From Veillonella parvula (GTDB lineage: Bacteria > Bacillota > Negativicutes > Veillonellales > Veillonellaceae): a DNA stretch of 64,000 bases. Under the pieces are notes generated by a model. It had not been told where the DNA came from. It was given only the letters and a program-made list of their open reading frames with translations, and ran no database searches. The stretch covers positions 46,162-110,161 of the forward strand of contig CAUGOU010000003.1 of NCBI GenBank assembly GCA_959601155.1, in the 5' to 3' direction. Below are positions 63,164 to 64,000 of the stretch, piece after piece. How positions within the stretch are numbered: position 1 is the first letter of the stretch; each line of letters opens with the position of its first letter. The position numbers were made by a program, and so were the translations under genes.

Positions 63164-64000
63164 TTAACCGCGACCTTTAATAACGTGAACACGTTGAATA
63201 TCAGGCGTACCATCTTTATGTTTAGAAATAGTATCTACTCTGATACGTTCAAGTTCTGGTTGGAATTCTTTAAGTGCTCTAACCATTTGATCATCGGCGA
63301 CAGCACCGTTTTGAATAGCCCTGTAAATTAATGCAGCCATTTCATAACGAGTCATCATACGATCTCCACCAAATTTACCGTCTGGATAACCCACAATAAT
63401 ACCATTACCTGCTAATGTCGCCACATAGTCGTATGCCCAATGGTTTTCAGGTATATCTGGGAAAAGTTGCATCTTATCCAAATCCAAGGAGTTGAGCTGT
63501 TTCCCCTCAGAAACCTTCATGAGTATGCCCTTCACATTTTCAAGCTCAGCACGAAGATCTTTGATTTCTTTCGCCATTGCTACTCTAGAAGTAGACACAT
63601 GATTGCCTTGACCGATTTTCATGCTAACACCAGCGTTCAACATATTTTCACCGCCGCCGAAGGAACCACCTACACTAAATAGAGTATCCTCATTTGGACG
63701 ATAGAATGCACCGATTGAAGCTGCATGAGCATCTTTGTAGTTACCATAGCCTGCAGCGATATCCCATTTATCATCAGGATCGAAATCTAGAGGGTGAAGT
63801 GCTGCCAATGCGGCTGCCCCTGCACCAACCCTATTCATACGACTATCAATATTCTTGATATTTCCACCGATTTCTTTTAATTGACTTACATTAACGGCAT
63901 CCGAATCAGACGTACCTGCTGCAACATTGGTGATTTTCTTATTACCTGCATTGATACCAGTTTCTGTGATGCTAGGACCATTCTTAATTGTCAAGCCATT
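63164..64000 (-). CDS. C-terminal part of a trimeric autotransporter adhesin: YadA-type anchor followed by a coiled coil and an SLH domain. The gene continues past the right window edge
   Basis: [20 protein letters not shown] neck/stalk motif. YadA-anchor pattern [78 protein letters not shown]-type [46 protein letters not shown]. The codon the track shows as M at 63994 is an internal TTG, and the frame is open to 64000. Confidence 0.85.
   Translation of the reverse strand, partial: NGLTIKNGPSITETGINAGNKKITNVAAGTSDSDAVNVSQLKEIGGNIKNIDSRMNRVGAGAAALAALHPLDFDPDDKWDIAAGYGNYKDAHAASIGAFYRPNEDTLFSVGGSFGGGENMLNAGVSMKIGQGNHVSTSRVAMAKEIKDLRAELENVKGILMKVSEGKQLNSLDLDKMQLFPDIPENHWAYDYVATLAGNGIIVGYPDGKFGGDRMMTRYEMAALIYRAIQNGAVADDQMVRALKEFQPELERIRVDTISKHKDGTPDIQRVHVIKGRG

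Overview
This is a 64-kb chromosomal segment from a low-GC diderm Firmicute. I infer Negativicutes, probably Veillonella-like, from three features: a trimeric-autotransporter C-terminus carrying an SLH domain, an OmpM-like SLH/coiled-coil protein, and an AsmA/TamB-like envelope protein. I support about 64 protein genes, roughly 55 of them on the minus strand, plus one tRNA-Ser(GCU). I saw no rRNA, CRISPR array, transposase or integrase. All family assignments come from motifs I recognised by eye; no database search was run.

Housekeeping blocks:
- A complete histidine pathway cluster, hisZ-hisG fusion / D / B / A / F / I / E / C / H plus a PHP-type histidinol phosphatase (30778-39869).
- The ribose operon rbsKDACB (47520-52216).
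- cysK-cysE, queF, dps, mntH, cstA, hydE, yaaA and an EF-G paralogue.
- Two M20 amidohydrolases with a DcuC-type carrier.
- A dedicated ECF transporter.
- An amino-acid ABC system coupled to an MmgE/PrpD protein, a Xi-class GST, and pcp with DUF979/DUF969.

Accessory or unusual content:
- The strongest candidate for something new is 23163-25774. It is a 5'-truncated CdiA/FhaB-type toxin tip with a VENN-like TQNN boundary, an unrecognised 285-aa C-terminal domain ending in a glycine zipper, and a translationally coupled small membrane immunity-type ORF.
- A very AT-rich island of DUF805 membrane-protein paralogues lies at the left edge (1-3440).
- A class II Fic protein.
- An orphan Phd/YefM-type antitoxin.
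- An S-component/ATPase ECF fusion.
- Two diverged GNAT paralogues bracketing a 9-kb block.
- A recurrent pattern of short AT-rich tandem repeats between stop codons and intrinsic terminators.
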